A stretch of DNA of 62,992 nucleotides, counting the filler, from Nemertoderma westbladi (taxonomy: Eukaryota > Animalia > Xenacoelomorpha), in assembly GCA_032718475.1 (NCBI GenBank). It is 4 parts of 4 records of this genome, joined end to end, with 100 filler letters (N's around TTAATTAATTAA, not from the genome) between each part and the next. Parts side by side here need not be neighbours in the genome. Positions count along the whole stretch, not along the records: positions 1 to 18,951 come from JAUCBJ010004411.1; 3 more parts are not named here. One strand, 5' to 3'. Below, in pieces: positions 1-12,644 of this stretch. Position 1 is the first letter of the stretch. Every line of letters starts with the position of its first letter. A model generated the notes under the pieces. It was not told the DNA's origin. It saw only the letters and a program-made list of their open reading frames with translations, and ran no database searches. The position numbers and the translations under genes were made by a program.

Positions 1-3000
1 TAATGTAAGGGTAGGTAATGGTATAATGTAAAGGTATGTAGTGGTTCCTATCCAGTACAGGAGTGGTTAGTCTGGTGGTGGTATAATGTAAGGGTAGGTA
101 GTGGTGTAATGTAAGGGTAGGTAATGGTATAATGTAAGGGTAGGTAGTGGTATAATGTAAGGGTAGGTAGTGGTATAATGTAAGGGTAGGTAGTGGTATA
201 ATGTAAGGGTAGGTAGTGGTATAATGTAAGGGTAGGTAGTGGTATAATGTAAGGGTAGGTAGTGGTATAATGTAAGGGTAGGTAGTGGTATAATGTAAGG
301 GTAGGTAGTGGTATAATGTAAGGGTAGGTAGTGGTATAATGTAAGGGTAGGTAGTGGTATAATGTAAGGGTAGGTAGTGGTATAATGTAAGGGTAGGTGG
401 TGGTATAATGTAACGGTAGGTAGTGGTATAATGAAAGGGTAGGTAGTGGTATAATGTAAGGGTAGGTAATGGTATAATGTAAAGGTATGTAGTGGTTCCT
501 ATCCAGTACAGGAGTGGTTAGTCTGGTGGTGGTATAATGTAAGGGTAGGTAGTGGTATAATGTAAGGGTAGGTAATGGTATAATGTAAGGGTAGGTAGTG
601 GTATAATGTAAGGGTAGGTAGTGGTATAATGTAAGGGTAGGTAGTGGTATAATGTAAGGGTAGGTAGTGGTATAATGTAAGGGTAGGTAGTGGTATAATG
701 TAAGGGTAGGTAGTGGTATAATGTAAGGGTAGGTAGTGGTATAATGTAAGGGTAGGTAGTGGTATAATGTAAGGGTAGGTAGTGGTATAATGTAAGGGTA
801 GGTGGTGGTATAATGTAAGGGTAGGTAGTGGTATAATGTAAGGGTAGGTAGTGGTATAATGTAAGGGTAGGTAGTGGTATAATGTAAGGGTAGGTGGTGG
901 TATAATGTAAGGGTAGGTAGTGGTATAATGTAAGGGTAGGTAGTGGTATAATGTAAGGGTAGGTAGTGGTATAATGTAAGGGTAGGTAGTGGTATAATGT
1001 AAGGGTAGGTAGTGGTATAATGTAAGGGTAGGTAGTGGTATAATGTAAGGGTAGGTAGTGGTATAATGTAAGGGTAGGTAGTGGTATAATGTAAGGGTAG
1101 GTAGTGGTATAATGTAAGGGTAGGTAGTGGTATAATGTAAGGGTAGGTAGTGGTATAATGTAAGGGTAGGTAGTGGTATAATGTAAGGGTAGGTAGTGGT
1201 ATAATGTAAGGGTAGGTAGTGGTATAATGTAAGGGTAGGTAGTGGTATAATGTAAGGGTAGGTAGTGGTATAATGTAAGGGTAGGTAGTGGTATAATGTA
1301 AGGGTAGGTAGTGGTATAATGTAAGGGTAGGTAGTGGTATAATGTAAGGGTAGGTAGTGGTATAATGTAAGGGTAGGTAGTGGTATAATGTAAGGGTAGG
1401 TAGTGGTATAATGTAAGGGTAGGTAGTGGTATAATGTAAGGGTAGGTAGTGGTATAATGTAAGGGTAGGTAGTGGTATAATGTAAGGGTAGGTAGTGGTA
1501 TAATGTAAGGGTAGGTAGTGGTATAATGTAAGGGTAGGTAGTGGTATAATGTAAGGGTAGGTAGTGGTATAATGTAAGGGTAGGTAGTGGTATAATGTAA
1601 GGGTAGGTAGTGGTATAATGTAAGGGTAGGTAGTGGTATAATGTAAGGGTAGGTAGTGGTATAATGTAAGGGTAGGTAGTGGTATAATGTAAGGGTAGGT
1701 AGTGGTATAATGTAAGGGTAGGTAGTGGTATAATGTAAGGGTAGGTAGTGGTATAATGTAAGGGTAGGTAGTGGTATAATGTAAGGGTAGGTAGTGGTAT
1801 AATGTAAGGGTAGGTAGTGGTATAATGTAAGGGTAGGTAGTGGTATAATGTAAGGGTAGGTAGTGGTATAATGTAAGGGTAGGTAGTGGTATAATGTAAG
1901 GGTAGGTAGTGGTATAATGTAAGGGTAGGTAGTGGTATAATGTAAGGGTAGGTGGTGGTATAATGTAAGGGTAGGTAGTGGTATAATGTAAGGGTAGGTA
2001 GTGGTATAATGTAAGGGTAGGTAGTGGTATAATGTAAGGGTAGGTGGTGGTATAATGTAAGGGTAGGTAGTGGTATAATGTAAGGGTAGGTAGTGGTATA
2101 ATGTAAGGGTAGGTAGTGGTATAATGTAAGGGTAGGTAGTGGTATAATGTAAGGGTAGGTAGTGGTATAATGTAAGGGTAGGTAGTGGTATAATGTAAGG
2201 GTAGGTAGTGGTATAATGTAAGGGTAGGTAGTGGTATAATGTAAGGGTAGGTAGTGGTATAATGTAAGGGTAGGTAGTGGTATAATGTAAGGGTAGGTAG
2301 TGGTATAATGTAAGGGTAGGTGGTGGTATAATGTAAGGGTAGGTAGTGGTATAATGTAAGGGTAGGTAGTGGTATAATGTAAGGGTAGGTAGTGGTATAA
2401 TGTAAGGGTATGTAGTGGTATCAGTAAGGGTAGGTGGTGGTATAATGTAAGGGTAGGTAGTGGTATAATGTAAGGGTAGGTAGTGGTATAATGTAAGGGT
2501 AGGTAGTGGTATAATGTAAGGGTAGGTAGTGGTATAATGTAAGGGTAGGTAGTGGTATAATGTAAGGGTAGGTAGTGGTATAATGTAAGGGTAGGTAGTG
2601 GTATAATGTAAGGGTAGGTAGTGGTATAATGTAAGGGTAGGTAGTGGTATAATGTAAGGGTATGTAGTGGTATCCAGTAAGTGGTAGGTGGTGGTATAAT
2701 GTAAGGGTAGGTAGTGGTATAATGTAAGGGTAGGTAGTGGTATAATGTAAGGGTAGGTAGTGGTATAATGTAAGGGTATGTAGTGGTATAGTGCAAGTGT
2801 AGGTGGTGGTATAATGTAAGGGTAGGTAGTGGTATAATGTAAGGGTAGGTAGTGGTATAATGTAAGGGTAGGTAGTGGTATAATGTAAGGGTATGTAGTG
2901 GTATAGTGCAAGGGTAGGTGGTGGTATAATGTAAGGGTAGGTAGTGGTATAATGTAAGGGTAGGTAGTGGTATAATGTAAGGGTATGTAGTGGTTCCTAT

Positions 3001-6000
3001 CCAGTACAGGAGTGGTTAGTCTGGTGGTGGTATAATGTAAGGGTAGGTAGTGGTATAATGTAAGGGTAGGTAGTGGTATAATGTAAGGGTATGTAGTGGT
3101 ATAGTGCAAGTGGTTAGTCTGGTGGTGGTATAATGTAAGGGTAGGTAGTGGTATAATGTAAGGGTAGGTAGTGGTATAATGTAAGGGTATGTAGTGGTAT
3201 CCAGTAAGTGGTAGGTGGTGGTATAATGTAAGGGTAGGTAGTGGTATAATGTAAGGGTAGGTAGTGGTATAATGTAAGGGTATGTAGTGGTTCCTATCCA
3301 GTGCAGGAGTGGTTAGTCTGGTGGTGGTATAATGTAAGGGTAGGTAGTGGTATAATGTAATGGTAGGTAGTGGTATAATGTAAGGGTATGTAGTGGTTCC
3401 TATCCAGTACAGGAGTGGTTAGTCTGGTGGTGGTATAATGTAAGGGTAGGTAGTGGTATAATGTAAGGGTAGGTAGTGGTATAATGTAAGGGTAGGTAGT
3501 GGTATAATGTAATGGTAGGTAGTGGTATAATGTAAGGGTATGTAGTGGTTCCTATCCAGTACAGGAGTGGTTAGTCTGGTGGTGGTATAATGTAAGGGTA
3601 GGTAGTGGTATAATGTAAGGGTAGGTAGTAGTATAATGTAAGGGTAGGTAGTGGTATAATGTAAAGGTATGTAGTGGTTCCTATCCAGTACAGGAGTGGT
3701 TAGTCTGGTGGTGGTATAATGTAAGGGTAGGTAGTGGTATAATGTAAGGGTAGGTAGTGGTATAATGTAAGGGTAGGTAGTGGTATAATGTAACGGTAGG
3801 TAGTGGTATAATGTAAGGGTAGGTGGTGGTATAATGTAAGGGTAGGTAGTGGTATAATGTAAGGGTAGGTAGTGGTATAATGTAAGGGTAGGTAGTGGTA
3901 TAATGTAAGGGTAGGTAGTGGTATAATGTAAGTGTAGGTAGTGGTATAATGTAAGTGTAGGTGGTGGTATAATGTAAGGGTATGTATTGGTATAATGTAA
4001 GGGTAGGTAGTGGTATAATGTAAGGGTAGGTAGTGGTATAATGTAAGGGTAGGTAGTGGTATAATGTAAGTGTAGGTAGTGGTATAATGTAAGTGTAGGT
4101 GGTGGTATAATGTAAGGGTATGTATTGGTATAATGTAAGGGTAGGTAGTGGTATAATGTAAGGGTAGGTAGTGGTATAATGTAAGGGTAGAGTGGTATAA
4201 TGTAAGGGTAGGTAGTGGTATAATGTAAGGGTAGGTAGTGGTATAATGTAAGGGTAGGTAGTGGTTCCTATCCAGTACAGGAGTGGTTAGTCTGGTGGTG
4301 GTATAATGTAAGGGTAGGTAGTGGTATAATGTAAGGGTAGGTAGTGGTATAATGTAAGGGTAGGTAGTGGTATAATGTAAGGGTATGTAGTGGTTCCTAT
4401 CCAGTACAGGAGTGGTTAGTCTGGTGGTGATATAATGTAAGGGTAGGTAGTGGTATAATGTAAGGGTATATAATGTAAGTGTATGTAGTGGTTCCTATCC
4501 AGTGCAGGAGTGGTTAGTCTGGTGGTGGTATAATGTAAGGGTAGGTAGTGGTATAATGTAAGGGTAGGTAGTGGTATAATGTAAGGGTATGTAGTGGTTC
4601 CTTTCCAGTGCAGGAGTGGTTAGTCTGGTGGTGGTATAATGTAAGGGTATGTAGTGGTTTCTATCCAGTGCAGGAGTGGTTAGTCTGGTGGTGGTATAAT
4701 GTAAGGGTAGGTAGTGGTATAATGTAAGGGTAGGTAGTGGTATAATGTAAGGGTATGTAGTGGTTCCTATCCAGTACAGGAGTGGTTAGTCTGGTGGTGA
4801 TATAATGTAAGGGTAGGTAGTGGTATAATGTAAGGGTATATAATGTAAGTGTATGTAGTGGTTCCTATCCAGTGCAGGAGTGGTTAGTCTGGTGGTGGTA
4901 TAATGTAAGGGTAGGTAGTGGTATAATGTAAGGGTAGGTAGTGGTATAATGTAAGGGTATGTAGTGGTTCCTTTCCAGTGCAGGAGTGGTTAGTCTGGTG
5001 GTGGTATAATGTAAGGGTATGTAGTGGTTTCTATCCAGTGCAGGAGTGGTTAGTCTGGTGGTGGTATAATGTAAGGGTAGGTAGTGGTGTAATGTAAGGG
5101 TAGGTAGTGGTATAATGTAAGGGTAGGTAGTGGTATAATGTAAGGGTAGGTAGTGGTATAATGTAACGGTAGGTAGTGGTATAATGTAAGGGTAGGTAGT
5201 GGTATAATGTAAGGGTAGGTAGTGGTATAATGTAAGGGTATGTAGTGGTTCCTTTCCAGTGCAGGAGTGGTTAGTCTGGTGGTGGTATAATGTAAGGGTA
5301 TGTAGTGGTTTCTATCCAGTGCAGGAGTGGTTAGTCTGGTGGTGGTATAATGTAAGGGTAGGTAGTGGTATAATGTAAGGGTAGGTAGTGGTATAATGTA
5401 AGGGTAGGTAATGGTATAATGTAAAGGTATGTAGTGGTTCCTATCCAGTACAGGAGTGGTTAGTCTGGTGGTGATATAATGTAAGGGTAGGTAGTGGTAT
5501 AATGTAAGGGTATATAATGTAAGTGTATGTAGTGGTTCCTATCCAGTGCAGGAGTGGTTAGTCTGGTGGTGGTATAATGTAAGGGTAGGTAGTGGTGTAA
5601 TGTAAGGGTAGGTAGTGGTATAATGTAAGGGTATGTAGTGGTTCCTTTCCAGTGCAGGAGTGGTTAGTCTGGTGGTGGTATAATGTAAGGGTATGTAGTG
5701 GTTTCTATCCAGTGCAGGAGTGGTTAGTCTGGTGGTGGTATAATGTAAGGGTAGGTAGTGGTATAATGTAAGGGTATATAATGTAAGTGTATGTAGTGGT
5801 TCCTATCCAGTGCAGGAGTGGTTAGTCTGGTGGTGGTATAATGTAAGGGTAGGTAGTGGTATAATGTAAGGGTAGGTAGTGGTATAATGTAAGGGTATGT
5901 AGTTGTTCCTTTCCAGTGCAGGAGTGGTTAGTCTGGTGGTGGTATAATGTAAGGGTATGTAGTGGTTTCTATCCAGTGCAGGAGTGGTTAGTCTGGTGGT

Positions 6001-6135
6001 GGTATAATGTAAGGGTAGGTAGTGGTATAATGTAACGGTAGGTAGTGGTATAATGTAAGGGTAGAGTGGTATAATGTAAGGGTAGGTAGTGGTATAATGT
6101 AAGTGTAGGTGGTGGTATAATGTAAGGGTATGTAT
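1..6135. repeat. 23-bp satellite (GGTATAATGTAAGGGTAGGTAGT)n with an interspersed 37-bp variant monomer
   Basis: Directly visible tandem array. It is near-perfect at ~900-2400, and the 37-mer GGTTCCTATCCAGTACAGGAGTGGTTAGTCTGGTGGT becomes more frequent toward 6135. The long minus-strand ORFs are repeat translations. Confidence 0.98.
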
Positions 6136-6829
6136 TGGTCTGTCCGTTGTCCATGTTTTCTGTGTCCAGTCCACCTTTTTCAAACACCCATTTATATTAG
6201 GCTTACATCATCTACTGATCTACATACAGTAGGGGCCTACAGTAAAAACAACAAAAGCGCCGGCCGAGCAGTACAGTAAGATGTTGTGGGGCCAAAACTA
6301 AACGACAGAATCCTCGTTTGTTATTGCCAAGCTGCCAAGCTTCCGCCCTCTCCAGCGTATCAGTGACCAATCTTCAATATTTCCCTCTCCAGTTCCCATA
6401 TGCCTGCCAATGCAATGGCTTAATATTGTAGTGCAGTCTGGCGGTTAGTTCTGTAGTTGTTATTTCAGGCAGCCTATTTACGGTACCGGTACCTAAATAA
6501 AGGAATACAGCAGAGGCCCACTGTGACTGTAGTCCATCCATGGTCAGCACTGTTGGATGTTCGTTCAAAGGCAGATAGGCCGTTGATGGATATTCTAAAT
6601 TTAGATAGGCCTACTTACATAGGCCTACCTACTTTAGGTATGCCTGTGCCTAGGCCAGTGGGATACCGAAAGTGGATAGGTAGGCCTACACTCCATTCCA
6701 CATTCACATACTAGTGCTGCAGTTCATCCATTTTTATTATTGTATTACGCCTAGAATCAGTACGGTCCTATTAATGACGCAAAAAACACAAAATTACCCT
6801 GAAAAACACAAAAAAATTCGGTATTGCGT

Positions 6830-7300
6830 AATACGGAAAAATATCGAGACTTGAAAAATATTCTGAGTAAAAATATCGACTGATCGAGAGTAAAAATATC
6901 GCGAGTAAAAATACTGAAATATCGAGTGTTGAAAAATATCGACTGATCGAGAGTAAAAATATCAAGGTAAAAATACTGAAATATCAAGTGTTGAAAAATA
7001 TCGTGATTAAAAAATATCGACTGACTGACTGATCGAGAGTAAAACTATCGCAAGATGAAAAATATCATAAATATCAAGAGTAAAAATATCGTAAATATCG
7101 AGTGTGAAAAATATCTCCATTAAAAAATATCAACTGATAAAGAGTAAAAATATCATAGATATCTGACAGTCTGAGAGTAAAAATATCACAAGATGAAAAA
7201 TATCGCGATTAAAAAATATCTCGATTAAAAAATATCGACTGATCGAGAGTAAAAATATCATAGATATCGAGAGTAAAATATCCAGAGTAAAAATATTTTT
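6830..7300. repeat. Degenerate AAAAATATCG(A) tandem repeat, probably TE subterminal sequence
   Basis: Many copies of aaaaatatc with variable spacers such as gactgatcgagagt. Confidence 0.8.
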
Positions 7301-7665
7301 GCAACTTCTAACCTTCATGTCAGCATGTCTAAATGTCTGAATGTGGTATCTATCAGTCTATCTGTCTATACTCTGATACTCTATAGGCTGATAGGCCTAC
7401 CATCTCTGAAAGGACAGAAGGAAAATGATTAGGCCTCCTGTAGTAGGTATTCCTAAGAATTGCCTACAGTATAAAACAATATAGGATTGCATTTTTTTCC
7501 AGCTTAAAGTAAATTAAAATATTTTTGGTGGAATTTCTTAAATTTTATTAAATGTGTTGAAAGAACATCAACATAGAAAAGGTTTGCACATAATTTGAAC
7601 AAAGTCCATTCACACACTGAAAAGTTATTGCAACTTTTGACTTAGTGACTGCAAGGCGTAGGTAC

Positions 7666-8483
7666 TAGGGCTCGATCGGAGTTGGGATTTGGCCGGAGCC
7701 GGAGCAGGAGCCGGAGTTGGACAATTTGGCCGGAGCCGGAGCAGGAGCCGGAGTTTTTCAAAAATTTTAAAAATTTAATTATTTATTTAAAAAAAAATAA
7801 AGTATGGTTATCGTTCGCCAATCGCTCATAATCAATCATACTGTAGGTCTAATTAATTTCATAATTTATAGATTTACGAATTTTCAATTTAAAATTTAAG
7901 TAATTAATTTATCACGGACAGACGGCCTGACGCTGACGGCGACGGCCTGATGCTGACGGCGACGGCCTGACGCTGACGGCTAAAAATTACCTACAGTACC
8001 TAACTCGCTGTCTAACTGTGGTAGAGGTGTGTACTGTAGGACTGTAGCACTGTAGGTAGCCTACCGTACGTGTACCAGTACTGCAGTACAGTATGCTGGC
8101 ATGACAGGGACAGCAGTAAATGGCTGCAGTCGTACAGTCTGACAGTGTACAATCATAGCATTTACAATTTTTTAAAGTAGGGCCTATCTGTAATAGTCTG
8201 CTAGTCAGCCAGCTGGCCAGTACCAGTACTGCAGTACACCAGTACAGTCAGTCAGTCATTGACTTTAAGTAAATACTGCAGTATTATCAGATTATACTTG
8301 ATATTGAAGCTGTACTACAGTACTTATAGTGTTAAATAATTGTTCAGATTAGAATATGCATGAAATATAATACTTTATTAAAAAATTAACTCCGGCAATA
8401 TTTTTACCGGAGCCGGAGCAGGAGCCGGAGGTGCCAAAATGGCCGGAGCCGGAGCCGGAGGCCGGAGCTCCGATCGAGCCCTA
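7666..8483. mobile_element. hAT-type MITE
   Basis: Perfect 16-bp TIR TAGGGCTCGATCGGAG, 8-bp TSD GTAGGTAC (7658-7665 and 8484-8491), GCCGGA subterminal repeats, and a short internal tandem at 7921-7980. Confidence 0.93.
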
Positions 8484-8899
8484 GTAGGTACTTCAAAACG
8501 GAACTCATTATTACATCCAATAGGCAGATAGGGCCTATTGGTTTATGTAGTTAAGCAGCTCAGCTCTCTAGTTAGGTAATAAATATTCGAGAACACTTAA
8601 TTATTTAACATTAAGTAGCCTAAGGCAGCATGAGGAGTTGAAGAGTACAGTAATTGGAATCGTAGTAACTATGGAAGCAATATAGTAAAATACTACAGTT
8701 CAATTTACTGTAAACTGGGGCTAATTTGATAGTGTTTTGACATAAACTGATAAATGCGTTTGTAAAACTGTTAATTATTAATGAAATTGTATGTAGTGTA
8801 GTATAGCTCATCTGAGCAACATTGGTCTCCGGATAACATAAAACACATCGAAATTAGCAATAGGCAGATAGGGGAGGATTTGTACGGGTTTTTTTAAAT

Positions 8900-11300
8900 T
8901 TTCGGAGCTATCAAAGTAGCGCCCCGGCCTGGGGCTACTTTGATGCTACTTTGAAATGACTTATATACTGTTATAGCCCCATCTAGGGGGCTTCTTTGAT
9001 AGTAATTGCAATTTTAAAAAAAATTGGTGGAGACAGAGTCCCAATACAAACCCACACACAGGAAACAGCACCCTATAAAAGCAGACACAACTTTCTAACA
9101 AAGTAGCCCCAAAAATTGCTATCAAAGGTGCCCCACCAAATAATGTTATTGCAAATTATATATTATATACTGCATGAGAGTTTATATGCATATATCAGGA
9201 AAATATATATCAGTTGTGGTTACCGATCATAGGCCTATAGTTATATATATCAATCAAGTTATATAAGCATGTCCCTGTCCCACTGTCCTATGCTTCCATG
9301 AGGTCCATCAACAATGCGTGTGCGTAGTCCGTTCCATCAACCTCACTATCCTCTTCTGCATTGCTCCTGCAAGTCAATTCCTCCAGATCGGTCTCCCTCA
9401 CTCTCATCAAGATTGTAATTACCAGGGTCCTCACCCTCAGTACTATCAGCAACCTCACTATCGTCTTCCCTACTACTGGTGTTGCCTTCCATATCAATAT
9501 CTCCATCTCCTTCCTCACTAACATTATCCTTGCACTCTTTGCAGTACCAGTCATCAACATCGTTATATTTGCTCTCATCAATACAGTTGCCACAGAACCA
9601 TTTATCACATCCATCACACCCTACCCATGGCTTTTTAGCGTTTTTACGGTATTGCCTCCTACAATCTTTGCATTTGTTATCTGCTCTAGCCTTCTTCTTC
9701 TTCTCAGATGCCAGTCATGCCAGTATCAACTGAGCAGTCGACATTGCCACTTCTGAAGTACTGCGTGCATTGCTTCTGCTGCTGCTGGTTCCACTGCACC
9801 CTGTTTGAAGGAGATTTATAACAGCATTACTTAAACAATTGTTGACTGTTGATTCATCTTGGTTCCGTGGAACACGCTTCAATACCTCTTCAGGAGCAAC
9901 AGGATACAAACCAGTAGCTTTAAATCCATTCTTCAGGTTATCTTCTTTGGGATTGCTACAAGTGGTTTCTTGCCACCATCAGACAATCAGTTCTACATCC
10001 ACCACCTAGTAAGAATAGAACGCCAAGCAATCTTAAGTGGCCGAAAGAATGCCACATCTAGTGGTTGTAATACATGTGTAGCATTTGCAAGGAGAAGGAT
10101 ATAACAAATAATATCGTTCTCCTCACAACTGAGAACCACCTTCACCGAAAGATGAGAAGCCAAGTTATCTCCAATGAGTAGTTTCTTCCCTGGAAGTTGT
10201 TTGGCAGCAGGAAGAAAGACTTCAAAGAACCATTTCTCAAATGTTTCCATGTCATACCACCCTGATTCCGTGGCATCGTAGACAGCATTAGCAGGTCCAC
10301 CCTGGCCCCAGCAAGGATTGTACTTCTTAGCCTTAAACACTACCATCAATGGTAACAATTTCCCATCTGCAGAGCCACTAAACATTAGGGACACGCATTG
10401 TTTTGATTTAGAAATCACTTGTTCCACACGTTTCACACCTCGCTTACAAACAACACGTTTGTCTCCTGGTTGATTGCTGACATTTGTCTCATCAAAATTA
10501 AAGACGTTTGATGCTGGTATGCCCTCTTCAGGTATCTCAGCACAATAATTGACGAAGAAGCTATTTATTAGCTCCATTAGCTCGCCTCTAGCAGGTGTAA
10601 CATTGTCAACAATGCGCTGAGTAAGGTTGTGACGTTTTAGGAATAGTGCCATCCAATCTGGTCCAGGTAAGTTTAAGACATCTTGGTCTCCTTCATTGAT
10701 TGGTTTCTTAGTGAACACAGCAATGGATTTACCCACATTATTCAGAAACTGCTGAACCATCAGGCAGACTTCAGTAGCACCAAGTGGCTTCTTCCATCTT
10801 GCTAGAATGTTTACTGCTTGAACGATTTTCGATTCCTCCAGTTTAGTTAAGGCAGTTCGGTAGCCCCATGGGTTCGTATGTTTCTCGCGAACCTTATTCC
10901 ATAGAGTTTCATATGGAATGCCCACCTCTTTGCAACTGACAAAATCGATTCCGGTTCGCCTGTTTGCCTAACACGTTTCACTGCATCCTCTATCTGTGCA
11001 GGTTCAATGTCCATATAAAGCCGGGACCCTGGGCGTCGCTTGTATACTCTAACCATAGTCTGTATTGTAGAATCGGTATGTGTGTGTATGTATGTATATT
11101 ATATTCTGGTCCAATATAAGGGTCTATAATATATATATTTGTGCTATCTATATAATACCTAGATTTAATACAGTAATGACAGAATGAGTATATTACGGCA
11201 TTATAAACTAAACAGTATCGATACAGCAATAAGGTATCAAACTAGCCCCATGGTGTATCAAAGTAACCTCGTGGTATCAAAGTAGCCCCAGTTTATGGTA
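8900..11300 (-). mobile_element. pogo/Tigger-like (Tc1-mariner superfamily) DNA transposon, decayed
   Basis: Contains the transposase pseudogene below. ATCAAAGTAGCCCC subterminal motifs occur at both ends (~8910, 8931 inverted, ~9100, ~11236-11290). Exact termini were not resolved. Confidence 0.75.
9528..11056 (-). pseudogene. pogo-like DDE_1 transposase: HTH-psq/CENP-B N-terminus, DDD core, C-terminal PHD finger
   Basis: 10847-11056 gives the N-terminus (MVRVYKRR...IEDAVKRV) and frameshifts into 9993-10925 with FNFDET, GDNLASH and LQPLDV. 9528-9676 translates CKDC...WVGCDGCDKWFCGNC...WYCKEC. The frame is disrupted by stops and frameshifts. Confidence 0.88.
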
Positions 11301-12644
11301 TTTTGTAACACTATATCGTTACTGTATACCGGTAGACCTATTTTTTATTAAAGAATAGATCAACAAAAAGTACCAATAATTTAAGAATAAAATTACGTAT
11401 TACATGGGAAAAAACATGGAGAGCATTTTTTTCAATATTCTCTCGACCCTTTATTAACCTTGTTGGTGACGCTCAGTAAATAAAATCATGAAAATGCCTC
11501 GAGAATAGTGGAAAAAGTTCTACTTTTTTTTTTAGGTACGGTACCTAAAAACAGATTTGTTTGACGAATATTTTTTGACAATACATTTAAAATTAAAATT
11601 GAATATTAGGCCTATGACTTTGGTACTTTAGTGTTAAATCTCTCAATATTTGGTATTCGGTACCGAATTTGCCAAATATTTTTTCAAATTCGGTTCTGTT
11701 CCGGTTTGGCAAAATTTTAAATTCGGTCGATCCATACTACTGATCTACTCACTCTGTCTAGCCTGTCTGCCTGTCACTAGCCTAGTATTAGTATACCTCT
11801 GCATCTACAGATCTCAGGATCTACTGGCTGACTGGCAGAGACTGTGTTGATACTATCAACCATTCTTCTATTGCATCGTTGTTCTGTTGTTAGGTTTAAT
11901 ATCTAATAAAACTACCAGACTGATGTACTGGTTTATGAGTAAAAACAAAGTCAGGAAGTGCAGAAGTTGGCTCACTAAATGTAGCTGTGTAGTGGACTAA
12001 CTGCAATGCAACATGCCAGGTCATATTATAGTATAGTCTGACAGTCAGACAGTGGTACCGGTACCTGTAGGTCATACCAGTGACCAGGCCTCAATATATA
12101 TTTTTTAATTTTACTTACACGGTCCGGCTCCGGTTCTGGCTCTGGTAGGCCTACTTTTGGAATTTACCCAGTCCGGTTCCGGCTCCGGCAAAAATCTGGC
12201 TCCAGTCTAACGCTAAGTGAGGCCTTCGCACCGCACTTTAATCAAATTATAGAAAGCAGAGATTGAGCTCAAAATTTCGTACTATTTTTTGTTTTTAATC
12301 GAACAACGCTAATTAGGCAGCTTTATTAATTAATTAATCAAATAAATGATAAACTGATAAAAGAGAAATACTGATAAACAAATAGACAATCCTTTTGGTT
12401 TTTTTAGGCCCAACCAACCAGCCCAACATCCAAATAAGAATCGGAATCAGCAATCATGCACCACTGAGTAACTCTCTAAATCTGAATTAGATCTTATTTT
12501 TACGGTATAATATACTGGTACATAATATTATATTTATCTGTATTGTATTGTAAAACGACTGACAGAGTAGTAACTTGTTAGCTCTAGCCTGCACAATCAT
12601 TCTATGAAATTATTGTTCTTTTATATTATAGTAATTAACCTAAA

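Noticed and set aside
499-3109. 765- and 863-aa minus-strand ORFs
   Set aside because: Translations of a 23-bp satellite whose minus strand lacks stops, with no evidence of a gene.
1-6135. True telomere
   Set aside because: The G-rich strand runs toward the unique sequence, and the complex variant monomers fit a satellite better.
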